A DNA stretch of 64,000 nt from Eimeria praecox (taxonomy: Eukaryota), in NCBI GenBank assembly GCA_963920595.1, contig OY986949.1:2604001-2668000 (forward strand), given 5' to 3'. A model generated the notes under the pieces. The model ran no database searches. It was given only the letters and a program-made list of their open reading frames with translations, and was not told the DNA's origin. The position numbers and the translations under genes are program-made. This document shows, one piece after another, positions 36,201 through 50,800 of this stretch (the first letter of the stretch is position 1; the number at the start of each line of letters is the position of its first letter).

Positions 36201-39200
36201 GGGATACAATCCATTTCCCCAAAGCCGCATATATCCCTCGATTCTCAATGTCTCATTCAAACCATGGAAATTCGAATATTTAAATCTAAAGACCCCATCT
36301 GCACATACATGTCATCATGACGTGCCTTTTGTAGACCTTAAGAATGCTCTATACAAATATTCATATCATCTCAGTAAAACGGACAACACACAACACCCAT
36401 CACACCATCCTCATGACGTGCCTTTTGTAGACCTTAAGAATGCAATGCAGATGATTCGTATCATCTGAATAAATTTATGCTTGCTGGGATACAATCCATT
36501 TCCCCAAAGCCGCATATATCCCTCGATTCTCAATGTCTCATTCAAACCATGGAAATTCGAATATTTAAATCTAAAGACCCCATCTGCACATACATGTCAT
36601 CATGACGTGCCTTTTGTAGACCTTAAGAATGCTCTATACAAATATTCATATCATCTCAGTAAAACGGACAACACACAACACCCATCACACCATCCTCATG
36701 ACGTGCCTTTTGTAGACCTTAAGAATGCAATGCAGATGATTCGTATCATCTGAATAAATTTATGCTTGCTGGGATACAATCCATTTCCCCAAAGCCGCAT
36801 ATATCCCTCGATTCTCAATGTCTCATTCAAACCATGGAAATTCGAATATTTAAATCTAAAGACCCCATCTGCACATACATGTCATCATGACGTGCCTTTT
36901 GTAGACCTTAAGAATGCTCTATACAAATATTCATATCATCTCAGTAAAACGGACAACACACAACACCCATCACACCATCCTCATGACGTGCCTTTTGTAG
37001 ACCTTAAGAATGCAATGCAGATGATTCGTATCATCTGAATAAATTTATGCTTGCTGGGATACAATCCATTTCCCCAAAGCCGCATATATCCCTCGATTCT
37101 CAATGTCTCATTCAAACCATGGAAATTCGAATATTTAAATCTAAAGACCCCATCTGCACATACATGTCATCATGACGTGCCTTTTGTAGACCTTAAGAAT
37201 GCTCTATACAAATATTCATATCATCTCAGTAAAACGGACAACACACAACACCCATCACACCATCCTCATGACGTGCCTTTTGTAGACCTTAAGAATGCAA
37301 TGCAGATGATTCGTATCATCTGAATAAATTTATGCTTGCTGGGATACAATCCATTTCCCCAAAGCCGCATATATCCCTCGATTCTCAATGTCTCATTCAA
37401 ACCATGGAAATTCGAATATTTAAATCTAAAGACCCCATCTGCACATACATGTCATCATGACGTGCCTTTTGTAGACCTTAAGAATGCTCTATACAAATAT
37501 TCATATCATCTCAGTAAAACGGACAACACACAACACCCATCACACCATCCTCATGACGTGCCTTTTGTAGACCTTAAGAATGCAATGCAGATGATTCGTA
37601 TCATCTGAATAAATTTATGCTTGCTGGGATACAATCCATTTCCCCAAAGCCGCATATATCCCTCGATTCTCAATGTCTCATTCAAACCATGGAAATTCGA
37701 ATATTTAAATCTAAAGACCCCATCTGCACATACATGTCATCATGACGTGCCTTTTGTAGACCTTAAGAATGCTCTATACAAATATTCATATCATCTCAGT
37801 AAAACGGACAACACACAACACCCATCACACCATCCTCATGACGTGCCTTTTGTAGACCTTAAGAATGCAATGCAGATGATTCGTATCATCTGAATAAATT
37901 TATGCTTGCTGGGATACAATCCATTTCCCCAAAGCCGCATATATCCCTCGATTCTCAATGTCTCATTCAAACCATGGAAATTCGAATATTTAAATCTAAA
38001 GACCCCATCTGCACATACATGTCATCATGACGTGCCTTTTGTAGACCTTAAGAATGCTCTATACAAATATTCATATCATCTCAGTAAAACGGACAACACA
38101 CAACACCCATCACACCATCCTCATGACGTGCCTTTTGTAGACCTTAAGAATGCAATGCAGATGATTCGTATCATCTGAATAAATTTATGCTTGCTGGGAT
38201 ACAATCCATTTCCCCAAAGCCGCATATATCCCTCGATTCTCAATGTCTCATTCAAACCATGGAAATTCGAATATTTAAATCTAAAGACCCCACCTGCACA
38301 TACATGTCATCATGACGTGCCTTTTGTAGACCTTAAGAATGCTCTATACAAATATTCATATCATCTCAGTAAAACGGACAACACACAACACCCATCACAC
38401 CATCCTCATGACGTGCCTTTTGTAGACCTTAAGAATGCAATGCAGATGATTCGTATCATCTGAATAAATTTATGCTTGCTGGGATACAATCCATTTCCCC
38501 AAAGCCGCATATATCCCTCGATTCTCAATGTCTCATTCAAACCATGGAAATTCGAATATTTAAATCTAAAGACCCCATCTGCACATACATGTCATCATGA
38601 CGTGCCTTTTGTAGACCTTAAGAATGCTCTATACAAATATTCATATCATCTCAGTAAAACGGACAACACACAACACCCATCACACCATCCTCATGACGTG
38701 CCTTTTGTAGACCTTAAGAATGCAATGCAGATGATTCGTATCATCTGAATAAATTTATGCTTGCTGGGATACAATCCATTTCCCCAAAGCCGCATATATC
38801 CCTCGATTCTCAATGTCTCATTCAAACCATGGAAATTCGAATATTTAAATCTAAAGACCCCATCTGCACATACATGTCATCATGACGTGCCTTTTGTAGA
38901 CCTTAAGAATGCTCTATACAAATATTCATATCATCTCAGTAAAACGGACAACACACAACACCCATCACACCATCCTCATGACGTGCCTTTTGTAGACCTT
39001 AAGAATGCAATGCAGATGATTCGTATCATCTGAATAAATTTATGCTTGCTGGGATACAATCCATTTCCCCAAAGCCGCATATATCCCTCGATTCTCAATG
39101 TCTCATTCAAACCATGGAAATTCGAATATTTAAATCTAAAGACCCCATCTGCACATACATGTCATCATGACGTGCCTTTTGTAGACCTTAAGAATGCTCT

Positions 39201-42200
39201 ATACAAATATTCATATCATCTCAGTAAAACGGACAACACACAACACCCATCACACCATCCTCATGACGTGCCTTTTGTAGACCTTAAGAATGCAATGCAG
39301 ATGATTCGTATCATCTGAATAAATTTATGCTTGCTGGGATACAATCCATTTCCCCAAAGCCGCATATATCCCTCGATTCTCAATGTCTCATTCAAACCAT
39401 GGAAATTCGAATATTTAAATCTAAAGACCCCATCTGCACATACATGTCATCATGACGTGCCTTTTGTAGACCTTAAGAATGCTCTATACAAATATTCATA
39501 TCATCTCAGTAAAACGGACAACACACAACACCCATCACACCATCCTCATGACGTGCCTTTTGTAGACCTTAAGAATGCAATGCAGATGATTCGTATCATC
39601 TGAATAAATTTATGCTTGCTGGGATACAATCCATTTCCCCAAAGCCGCATATATCCCTCGATTCTCAATGTCTCATTCAAACCATGGAAATTCGAATATT
39701 TAAATCTAAAGACCCCATCTGCACATACATGTCATCATGACGTGCCTTTTGTAGACCTTAAGAATGCTCTATACAAATATTCATATCATCTCAGTAAAAC
39801 GGACAACACACAACACCCATCACACCATCCTCATGACGTGCCTTTTGTAGACCTTAAGAATGCAATGCAGATGATTCGTATCATCTGAATAAATTTATGC
39901 TTGCTGGGATACAATCCATTTCCCCAAAGCCGCATATATCCCTCGATTCTCAATGTCTCATTCAAACCATGGAAATTCGAATATTTAAATCTAAAGACCC
40001 CATCTGCACATACATGTCATCATGACGTGCCTTTTGTAGACCTTAAGAATGCTCTATACAAATATTCATATCATCTCAGTAAAACGGACAACACACAACA
40101 CCCATCACACCATCCTCATGACGTGCCTTTTGTAGACCTTAAGAATGCAATGCAGATGATTCGTATCATCTGAATAAATTTATGCTTGCTGGGATACAAT
40201 CCATTTCCCCAAAGCCGCATATATCCCTCGATTCTCAATGTCTCATTCAAACCATGGAAATTCGAATATTTAAATCTAAAGACCCCATCTGCACATACAT
40301 GTCATCATGACGTGCCTTTTGTAGACCTTAAGAATGCTCTATACAAATATTCATATCATCTCAGTAAAACGGACAACACACAACACCCATCACACCATCC
40401 TCATGACGTGCCTTTTGTAGACCTTAAGAATGCAATGCAGATGATTCGTATCATCTGAATAAATTTATGCTTGCTGGGATACAATCCATTTCCCCAAAGC
40501 CGCATATATCCCTCGATTCTCAATGTCTCATTCAAACCATGGAAATTCGAATATTTAAATCTAAAGACCCCATCTGCACATACATGTCATCATGACGTGC
40601 CTTTTGTAGACCTTAAGAATGCTCTATACAAATATTCATATCATCTCAGTAAAACGGACAACACACAACACCCATCACACCATCCTCATGACGTGCCTTT
40701 TGTAGACCTTAAGAATGCAATGCAGATGATTCGTATCATCTGAATAAATTTATGCTTGCTGGGATACAATCCATTTCCCCAAAGCCGCATATATCCCTCG
40801 ATTCTCAATGTCTCATTCAAACCATGGAAATTCGAATATTTAAATCTAAAGACCCCACCTGCACATACATGTCATCATGACGTGCCTTTTGTAGACCTTA
40901 AGAATGCTCTATACAAATATTCATATCATCTCAGTAAAACGGACAACACACAACACCCATCACACCATCCTCATGACGTGCCTTTTGTAGACCTTAAGAA
41001 TGCAATGCAGATGATTCGTATCATCTGAATAAATTTATGCTTGCTGGGATACAATCCATTTCCCCAAAGCCGCATATATCCCTCGATTCTCAATGTCTCA
41101 TTCAAACCATGGAAATTCGAATATTTAAATCTAAAGACCCCATCTGCACATACATGTCATCATGACGTGCCTTTTGTAGACCTTAAAATGCTCTATACAA
41201 ATATTCATATCATCTCAGTAAAACGGACAACACACAACACCCATCACACCATCCTCATGACGTGCCTTTTGTAGACCTTAAGAATGCAATGCAGATGATT
41301 CGTATCATCTGAATAAATTTATGCTTGCTGGGATACAATCCATTTCCCCAAAGCCGCATATATCCCTCGATTCTCAATGTCTCATTCAAACCATGGAAAT
41401 TCGAATATTTAAATCTAAAGACCCCATCTGCACATACATGTCATCATGACGTGCCTTTTGTAGACCTTAAGAATGCTCTATACAAATATTCATATCATCT
41501 CAGTAAAACGGACAACACACAACACCCATCACACCATCCTCATGACGTGCCTTTTGTAGACCTTAAGAATGCTCTATACAAATATTTATATCATCTCAGT
41601 AAAACGGACAACACACAACACCCATCACACCATCCTCATGACGTGCCTTTTGTAGACCTTAAGAATGCAATGCAGATGATTCGTATCATCTGAATAAATT
41701 TATGCTTGCTGGGATACAATCCATTTCCCCAAAGCCGCATATATCCCTCGATTCTCAATGTCTCATTCAAACCATGGAAATTCGAATATTTAAATCTAAA
41801 GACCCCATCTGCACATACATGTCATCATGACGTGCCTTTTGTAGACCTTAAGAATGCTCTATACAAATATTCATATCATCTCAGTAAAACGGACAACACA
41901 CAACACCCATCACACCATCCTCATGACGTGCCTTTTGTAGACCTTAAGAATGCTCTATACAAATATTTATATCATCTCAGTAAAACGGACAACACACAAC
42001 ACCCATCACACCATCCTCATGACGTGCCTTTTGTAGACCTTAAGAATGCAATGCAGATGATTCGTATCATCTGAATAAATTTATGCTTGCTGGGATACAA
42101 TCCATTTCCCCAAAGCCGCATATATCCCTCGATTCTCAATGTCTCATTCAAACCATGGAAATTCGAATATTTAAATCTAAAGACCCCATCTGCACATACA

Positions 42201-44870
42201 TGTCATCATGACGTGCCTTTTGTAGACCTTAAGAATGCTCTATACAAATATTCATATCATCTCAGTAAAACGGACAACACACAACACCCATCACACCATC
42301 CTCATGACGTGCCTTTTGTAGACCTTAAGAATGCTCTATACAAATATTTATATCATCTCAGTAAAACGGACAACACACAACACCCATCACACCATCCTCA
42401 TGACGTGCCTTTTGTAGACCTTAAGAATGCAATGCAGATGATTCGTATCATCTGAATAAATTTATGCTTGCTGGGATACAATCCATTTCCCCAAAGCCGC
42501 ATATATCCCTCGATTCTCAATGTCTCATTCAAACCATGGAAATTCGAATATTTAAATCTAAAGACCCCATCTGCACATACATGTCATCATGACGTGCCTT
42601 TTGTAGACCTTAAGAATGCTCTATACAAATATTCATATCATCTCAGTAAAACGGACAACACACAACACCCATCACACCATCCTCATGACGTGCCTTTTGT
42701 AGACCTTAAGAATGCAATGCAGATGATTCGTATCATCTGAATAAATTTATGCTTGCTGGGATACAATCCATTTCCCCAAAGCCGCATATATCCCTCGATT
42801 CTCAATGTCTCATTCAAACCATGGAAATTCGAATATTTAAATCTAAAGACCCCACCTGCACATACATGTCATCATGACGTGCCTTTTGTAGACCTTAAGA
42901 ATGCTCTATACAAATATTCATATCATCTCAGTAAAACGGACAACACACAACACCCATCACACCATCCTCATGACGTGCCTTTTGTAGACCTTAAGAATGC
43001 AATGCAGATGATTCGTATCATCTGAATAAATTTATGCTTGCTGGGATACAATCCATTTCCCCAAAGCCGCATATATCCCTCGATTCTCAATGTCTCATTC
43101 AAACCATGGAAATTCGAATATTTAAATCTAAAGACCCCATCTGCACATACATGTCATCATGACGTGCCTTTTGTAGACCTTAAAATGCTCTATACAAATA
43201 TTCATATCATCTCAGTAAAACGGACAACACACAACACCCATCACACCATCCTCATGACGTGCCTTTTGTAGACCTTAAGAATGCAATGCAGATGATTCGT
43301 ATCATCTGAATAAATTTATGCTTGCTGGGATACAATCCATTTCCCCAAAGCCGCATATATCCCTCGATTCTCAATGTCTCATTCAAACCATGGAAATTCG
43401 AATATTTAAATCTAAAGACCCCATCTGCACATACATGTCATCATGACGTGCCTTTTGTAGACCTTAAGAATGCTCTATACAAATATTCATATCATCTCAG
43501 TAAAACGGACAACACACAACACCCATCACACCATCCTCATGACGTGCCTTTTGTAGACCTTAAGAATGCTCTATACAAATATTTATATCATCTCAGTAAA
43601 ACGGACAACACACAACACCCATCACACCATCCTCATGACGTGCCTTTTGTAGACCTTAAGAATGCAATGCAGATGATTCGTATCATCTGAATAAATTTAT
43701 GCTTGCTGGGATACAATCCATTTCCCCAAAGCCGCATATATCCCTCGATTCTCAATGTCTCATTCAAACCATGGAAATTCGAATATTTAAATCTAAAGAC
43801 CCCATCTGCACATACATGTCATCATGACGTGCCTTTTGTAGACCTTAAGAATGCTCTATACAAATATTCATATCATCTCAGTAAAACGGACAACACACAA
43901 CACCCATCACACCATCCTCATGACGTGCCTTTTGTAGACCTTAAGAATGCTCTATACAAATATTTATATCATCTCAGTAAAACGGACAACACACAACACC
44001 CATCACACCATCCTCATGACGTGCCTTTTGTAGACCTTAAGAATGCAATGCAGATGATTCGTATCATCTGAATAAATTTATGCTTGCTGGGATACAATCC
44101 ATTTCCCCAAAGCCGCATATATCCCTCGATTCTCAATGTCTCATTCAAACCATGGAAATTCGAATATTTAAATCTAAAGACCCCATCTGCACATACATGT
44201 CATCATGACGTGCCTTTTGTAGACCTTAAGAATGCTCTATACAAATATTCATATCATCTCAGTAAAACGGACAACACACAACACCCATCACACCATCCTC
44301 ATGACGTGCCTTTTGTAGACCTTAAGAATGCTCTATACAAATATTTATATCATCTCAGTAAAACGGACAACACACAACACCCATCACACCATCCTCATGA
44401 CGTGCCTTTTGTAGACCTTAAGAATGCAATGCAGATGATTCGTATCATCTGAATAAATTTATGCTTGCTGGGATACAATCCATTTCCCCAAAGCCGCATA
44501 TATCCCTCGATTCTCAATGTCTCATTCAAACCATGGAAATTCGAATATTTAAATCTAAAGACCCCATCTGCACATACATGTCATCATGACGTGCCTTTTG
44601 TAGACCTTAAGAATGCTCTATACAAATATTCATATCATCTCAGTAAAACGGACAACACACAACACCCATCACACCATCCTCATGACGTGCCTTTTGTAGA
44701 CCTTAAGAATGCTCTATACAAATATTTATATCATCTCAGTAAAACGGACAACACACAACACCCATCACACCATCCTCATGACGTGCCTTTTGTAGACCTT
44801 GAGAATGCTCTATACAAATATTCATATCATCTCAGTAAAACGGGCAACACACAATGCCCATCACACCATC
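27230..44870 (+). repeat. 285-bp rDNA-spacer satellite array 2 (~59 units, with 381-bp variants at the distal end)
   Basis: ORF-track periodicity of 285 bp from 27365, and of 381 bp (285+96) at 41325-42467 and 43322-44464. Confidence 0.97.
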
Positions 44871-47800
44871 CCACAAAGCCACACCATCATGACCAGTCGT
44901 TTGACGACCTTAATAGAATGCCATGCCCAAACTCATGAGCGCACATAACATAAACTCGGGAGGCGAATAGCTAAAGTTTTTTAACGACCTTACGAATGCC
45001 ATCCCGACACTCATCAACTGGCATGCATACACACAACGCATGACCAGCTTCTCCATGGAAGCTTCTCCTGCTGCTAGAGCTGCTGCTGCCATTGCTGTGG
45101 TTGCTAATGCCGCTATTGTAGATTTTTCTGCTGTGGCTGTTGCTGTTGGTTCCTCTTCTACTCTCGGTAATGCCATTATGGTTAATGTTGCCTTTATTGC
45201 TGTAGCAGGTGGTGGCAAAGCGGGGCAACGCTTGCCCATAATGCTAGAGGATAGAGCTGACCCCCGCAGCAACGGCCTAAATTGTCTCCGCTGAGGTCCT
45301 TCGAAGCACTGCCCATACAGACAGCCAGTTTCTCTGCTGCTGCCGAAACACAAACAGCAAAAAGACCGGCGCCAGCAGGCAGGATAGTGAGGGAGGGGGC
45401 CAATACGTACAAATTGCTTAACGTTGCTGCCGCTGTCCTTACCGATATGCTTTTGTTGTTGATGCTGCGAAAAGTGAAGACGTGCTAAGTTTTAAGCTTC
45501 TACTAACATTGCTTGCTTTTAAACCCTTCTAGATGAAGTAGCCGAGCTAATAAACTCGCGTCCAGTTGATATGCTTATATGTCTCATTTAATTAATTTCC
45601 CTGAGACACTGCCATATATGGCAAACTCTCCTGTGTTAGCACGAGAAGCAACAAATTATATTTACTCATGCAACTGTATCAATAGCCTTAATATATGGAG
45701 TTTCACAGCACAACTACCGCGTGGGGACGATATAGTGCCCCCCCCATTCGGTGGCCGCTGCAGCCGATGCTGCTGTTGCTGCTGCCGTTCTTTAGGTTTC
45801 AGAACAGCATTATATTCCTGTTCCTGCTCTCAGCAGTAGTACCAGTTTGCAGCAAGAGCAGCAGCAGGTGCGGGCTGCGGGTCTAGCAGCAGGTGCGGGC
45901 TGCGGGTCTAGCAGCCGGCTAACGGCGTTTTCGCCACACACGACGTAATACGCCTCAGTTCTTCTTTACTCTTGCTGCTTCCGCTTTTGTCGTTGCTTTC
46001 GTCGTTGCTGTGGAGTGTCGGAGCATGAAAAAATCAACACGTGTGGGCGCATGTGAGAAGTAAAGCGCCTGTTGTTTGCGTGCTGCCGGTGTGGCAGCAG
46101 GACCACCGGTATGCTGGTGTTCCTGTTGTGGCTGTTGCAGCCGCTGTGGGCGCTGCTGCTGTTGGTATGGCGGCTGCTGCTGCTCGAGTGGTTTCCGTTC
46201 CCCCTCTGTACTGCGTGCTGCTGGTGGCGCTGATACTGTGCTGGTGCACCGGTTGCCTCAGTAGGCCCATTCACATTCTTTCGAGCTCACAACGCTGCCA
46301 GGATATGCGCTACTTTTCCGGCCTGTCTAAAGAGACTCACAAAATAGATGCTCCTCTCTTGCCGCTCGTTTCCTCTAAGTTGCAGCTATTGTTGCAGGTA
46401 TCGCTGAAATAGTCTTGAAAAGGGCTCAAATTGGGGCGTGGGAACGAATTGATGCCCCCATCTTAGTTCCCTTCCCGCACTACGGAAAATCCGGTGGTGC
46501 TGCTGCCGCTGTTGCTCTTCCTGCTGCTGTTCTTCATGCCTATATTATTGTTGCTACTCTCAGCAGTAGTAGCAGTTCGCAGCAAGAGTAGCAGTCGTTG
46601 CGAGTTGCGGAAGTAGCAGGCAGCCAGCGATATTACGGTTTTGTCTTGTTTTACTGTTATTGCTATGGTAGATGAGACGCCGCAGCAATGCAGTTACGGC
46701 GTGAGGTGTTTCCGTTGACATCTTTGAGAGAGTAGCCTAAACCCCCTGCAAGTAGCCAAAAGGTTTTGCCTGTACAATCTAGAGATGTGCACAGGGGATA
46801 CAAGCAATCAAATAACGGGTGCAATCGTTAAGGCAAGTCCACCAGTGACAGCAGCTGCAGTAGCGGTTGCAGCAGCACCACCGGTGCGAGGTGCAGCAGG
46901 AATAACAACAGGTGCGGACACCGAGTAGGGGCCGCCCGTTGACACCATTTGCTCCATAATCTCCAGAGCTCTAGTATCCTGGAATATATTGGGTCAGCTG
47001 CTGATCCCTACAGAACAGCAGCCCCCTTGGTGAAGCAGTAGCTACTGTGCCTCCTGCTCTTGTCACTGACGTGCAAACAAAAGGGCTTTACGCTCAAAGA
47101 AATCAGCATTACTTTGCTGCTACTGCCGCCCCCTTTGTTCGTTCGCTCCCGCTGCAGGTGTTGGGACGAGTGACGGAATGCTTAAAGCTAAGCTTCCACT
47201 ATCTCCTTTTGCTTTCAAAATGTGCTAGATGGAAGGGCAGAACGGAGCAACTGCCAATTATGACAGACCGCGGCCGTAGTCCGTTCTCTTTGACAGAAGG
47301 TGCGTGTAGATAATATGAAACGAACCTGTGTGGTATTGGCAGCTGTTTTATTGTGTTTTCCCGTGACAGGAACAGGCAAGCTGAGCGGTGGGCGATTAAA
47401 TTGTATGAGGTGCCGTTGGACAGGTTATTTGTGCATTAGGATTTTGGACAAGGGCATGCTGACGTGGCATGCGTTTGACTGGTTCGAAAGATTGCGAATA
47501 CCAGGTATTCCTTGGAGCCGTTTCCCGCTTGTGGAGAAGGGGAGCTGGAACTGACACCATCGCCCACCAGCTTTGGTCCGATGCATGCTAAATCATGCAG
47601 GTTTAGATGATTCAATGCTCAGTGGGTGGTTATATCCCGAATGATGCTTTGTTGCAGCAAGAAGATTGCAAAGACCAGTTCAACTTCGCTTTAGTTTGGG
47701 AAATGACACTTGGCAAAACCCGCTCGGGAAATCCATGCACCTGCTGAACCGCTATGCATACTGCATGCTGATGATTGTTGTTGTTGCCTATGATTCTATT

Positions 47801-50800
47801 CAAAGCGCTGTCGGACCAGAAAGCGCTTCAGTGTTCAGCAGAGCAGCTGTAGCTGCCTTCACCTCCTGTTTACTTACGGTATTAAAACGCAGCTTCAACA
47901 CAGCGGCACAAACGTTTGTTTCCCCCGCTTTTTTCCATAAACCTTGCTTAGAGCTGTCTTTGCCTACAAATACGCTGCCGCCCTGGGGTATTCAAGCAGC
48001 CTTACTAGATTAGCTCTGCCTTGCGGCAGTCTGAGTGCACTGACGACGCCAGATGGCGAGCGCTGGAGGGCGTTCATGCTTTTGTGCGCCATTGTTTATC
48101 GCTGATACCCATCTTGATACAGCATGAGCCAACGGAGTAGGTAGACAGGGATGGCAGTACTGACTGGGAATAGGGTGAACCGTGGGAATCATGTGAAGAC
48201 GTTGTTAGATAATGCATTCTGTTTGAAGCTGCTTCTTCTAGAATCGTATGTAGTTACATCGCTTTTGGCTAGGCGGCATCCATGTACTAACGCAGACGCG
48301 CAACAAGACGAATCGTCATTGCAAGGCAAACGTCGCTTGTTAGTATAAGTAGGAACGGAATAAAATTAGGCATGGAAGCATACCAATCGGCTGTAAGGGT
48401 GTAATTTCACAACACATTACTACGTAGGGGGCGGGAGACTGATGGCAACTCTACGATAGTGCCACTTAGAGAGGTGGTGTTGGCACCAAGAAGGGCTAAT
48501 GAGTCATCCTGTGGCATGAAAGTAAGTTGCGAAAGCTGTTGCGCTCTGCAGCAGGAGTAGCTGAAAGTGATATTACTCTAAGGAGAAGCATGCTGAAGGT
48601 GCAGTACTCATGAGCTGTTCTTCTGAAACCATCACGATACTGTAAGGAAGAATTGGCTTCCATCAGAAACAAAATGTTGTCGCTGATGGAACGCGACTCT
48701 TCGATATAATAAGGTGTTTTATTACGCCGAATGAAGGCATATTGGTAGGATTGAATAACATCAAGGTTCACAGTTCAGAATGAAGTAAACTGATGGCCTA
48801 TCTACAGTGCTGCGAAGGGAGAAGAATGCAGATTTATCAGCAACACATGACAGTGGTGATGGTACGTAAATGAAACCGGATAATAACAGAAGCTCATCTG
48901 TTATTGCACTAGCTGCATAGTGCCCTAAACGCACGTGCTACTGCACTAATTGGAGGCTATGCACAAGCAACAGCACCTGCAGTTTGGATTACCGCGTAAG
49001 CGCAACTCTAGGTGCAAAGAACAACACCAACGCTTAGCGCACCGATAGAACATACCGTTCCTTTCCGCTTCACCTAAACAGCAAGGACAGCGCACATGGC
49101 CTGCCTCGGCACGTGTCTGACGAGTACCAGCCAGCAATGAAGGAACACGTCATACATGAGTTGGGATAGAAACGACTATAAAAGCAAAAAACTTATTTGT
49201 GTTTTTGAAGATGCCATTGTTTCTTGCTCCTTAACAGCTTCAGGATTTGCTTCGGCTGGATTAGCGCCACCTTTCGTTGTCCAAATTTTGCACATGAAGG
49301 CGGTGGCTCTGCGACAGCTGTTTCAGCGGATCCTGTGTTTGTTCTTTCTTTTAGTGTAGCATGCATGCCTCATGCACCGGATATGCATCAATATGCTCTA
49401 TCTTCCGCCTGATATTTCCCTCCCTTTATGGAAGCTTCCGGAACCGAAGCCAACATGGTGTGAACGAAAGCAATTATTTTCATTCTAGGCATTCCTTCTT
49501 CCTGTAGTTGTTTAGGCTAATCGTTGCACGCTGCTACCCCAGCAGTAAAAAGATCCGGCAAACCCGCGGTTATATCACCAACAATCATCATGGTATGCGA
49601 AAATCACTATAATGATGACATCAGGTTTGGCATGTATAAGCATAAGGATAGGGAAGGCTGCCTGCTTCTGGTGATGCGATTGCCCATCGCTTTATGTGCC
49701 ACAAGGTTATCCTCTCGTTTGCGCTACTAGCAAGTTTGATGGAACACAACACAAAGTGTCTTTCCACGAGTTAGACATGACTTCTAAAATCCAACTCGTC
49801 AGGCGCTACAGTTACACAAAGTCCCAGCTCCCAACTTCGGGAGTTACTACGTGGGAGGCTTGCCTATAAACTACAAATCCCTAAACTTGCGTCTATTTCA
49901 GTTGTATTTTCCCTGGCAGGGTGTTCTACAATTTTGGCAAGCAATTCATATAGCAATCCTATTTTGCTGACCATCAAATATTGCATCCCAAATTCTATCC
50001 TGTTCAATAACAATGTTTAATAACAAAGTTTAATAATATTCTAATATGCACGCCCATCAAAACAGGTCGAGCAGAAGTGAAAGCTTTGCAATGAAAACAC
50101 AACAGCTTTCACAATGAAATCATAGCTGCAGCCTAAACTAGAAAAGAGTCACAGTATCCTCTCGTGTATCTACCAATGGATGGTTGAATTCTTCTTTCTT
50201 TGCGCAATATAATGTGCTGAGCTTCTTGATGGTCAACTCAGGCTCAAGTAGACTCAATAGAAACCGGAACAAGATGCATTTCCCGTCAATAATTAGCACA
50301 CAAAAGCAATGCGGTACGATGAGCAATAATGCCCGCCGTAACCCTCATGCAACCTATGCCTCATGATATGTAGAGACATGCATTCTGCATTCAGCTATTG
50401 CACATGTGTCTCTTTTGTCTTTATCCATACACAACTGCATTGAGCTCCGAGGAGAAAAAACGTCGGTTTAATACAAAACTGGTAAATGATAAGGGATGTT
50501 TCCGCATGAAACTGATGCTCCTAAAGCCATATGAAGGACAGCTTCTGAATAACTGATAGCAAGCATTACTTGCCTGCCAAGTCCCAATGTACTTCCAACT
50601 ATTAAGCTTGAAACTGTGCTGTTACCCACAGCGTGTTTGTTATGTTGTGCCTGCTCCGGTCAACCGTAGACTGCACGCCTTAACTAAACCCAAGCCACTC
50701 CAAGATGCGGTAGAAGCACGAGGTTCATCATTTTATACAAAGTGGCAAGGTACATTGATCACATATTATGCTAATGGTTTCCTACTCCACCTACCTGCGC

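Noticed and set aside
27230..44870. CRISPR-like array of a 32-bp repeated motif
   Set aside because: The intervening sequences are identical rather than unique spacers; eukaryotic context with no cas genes.
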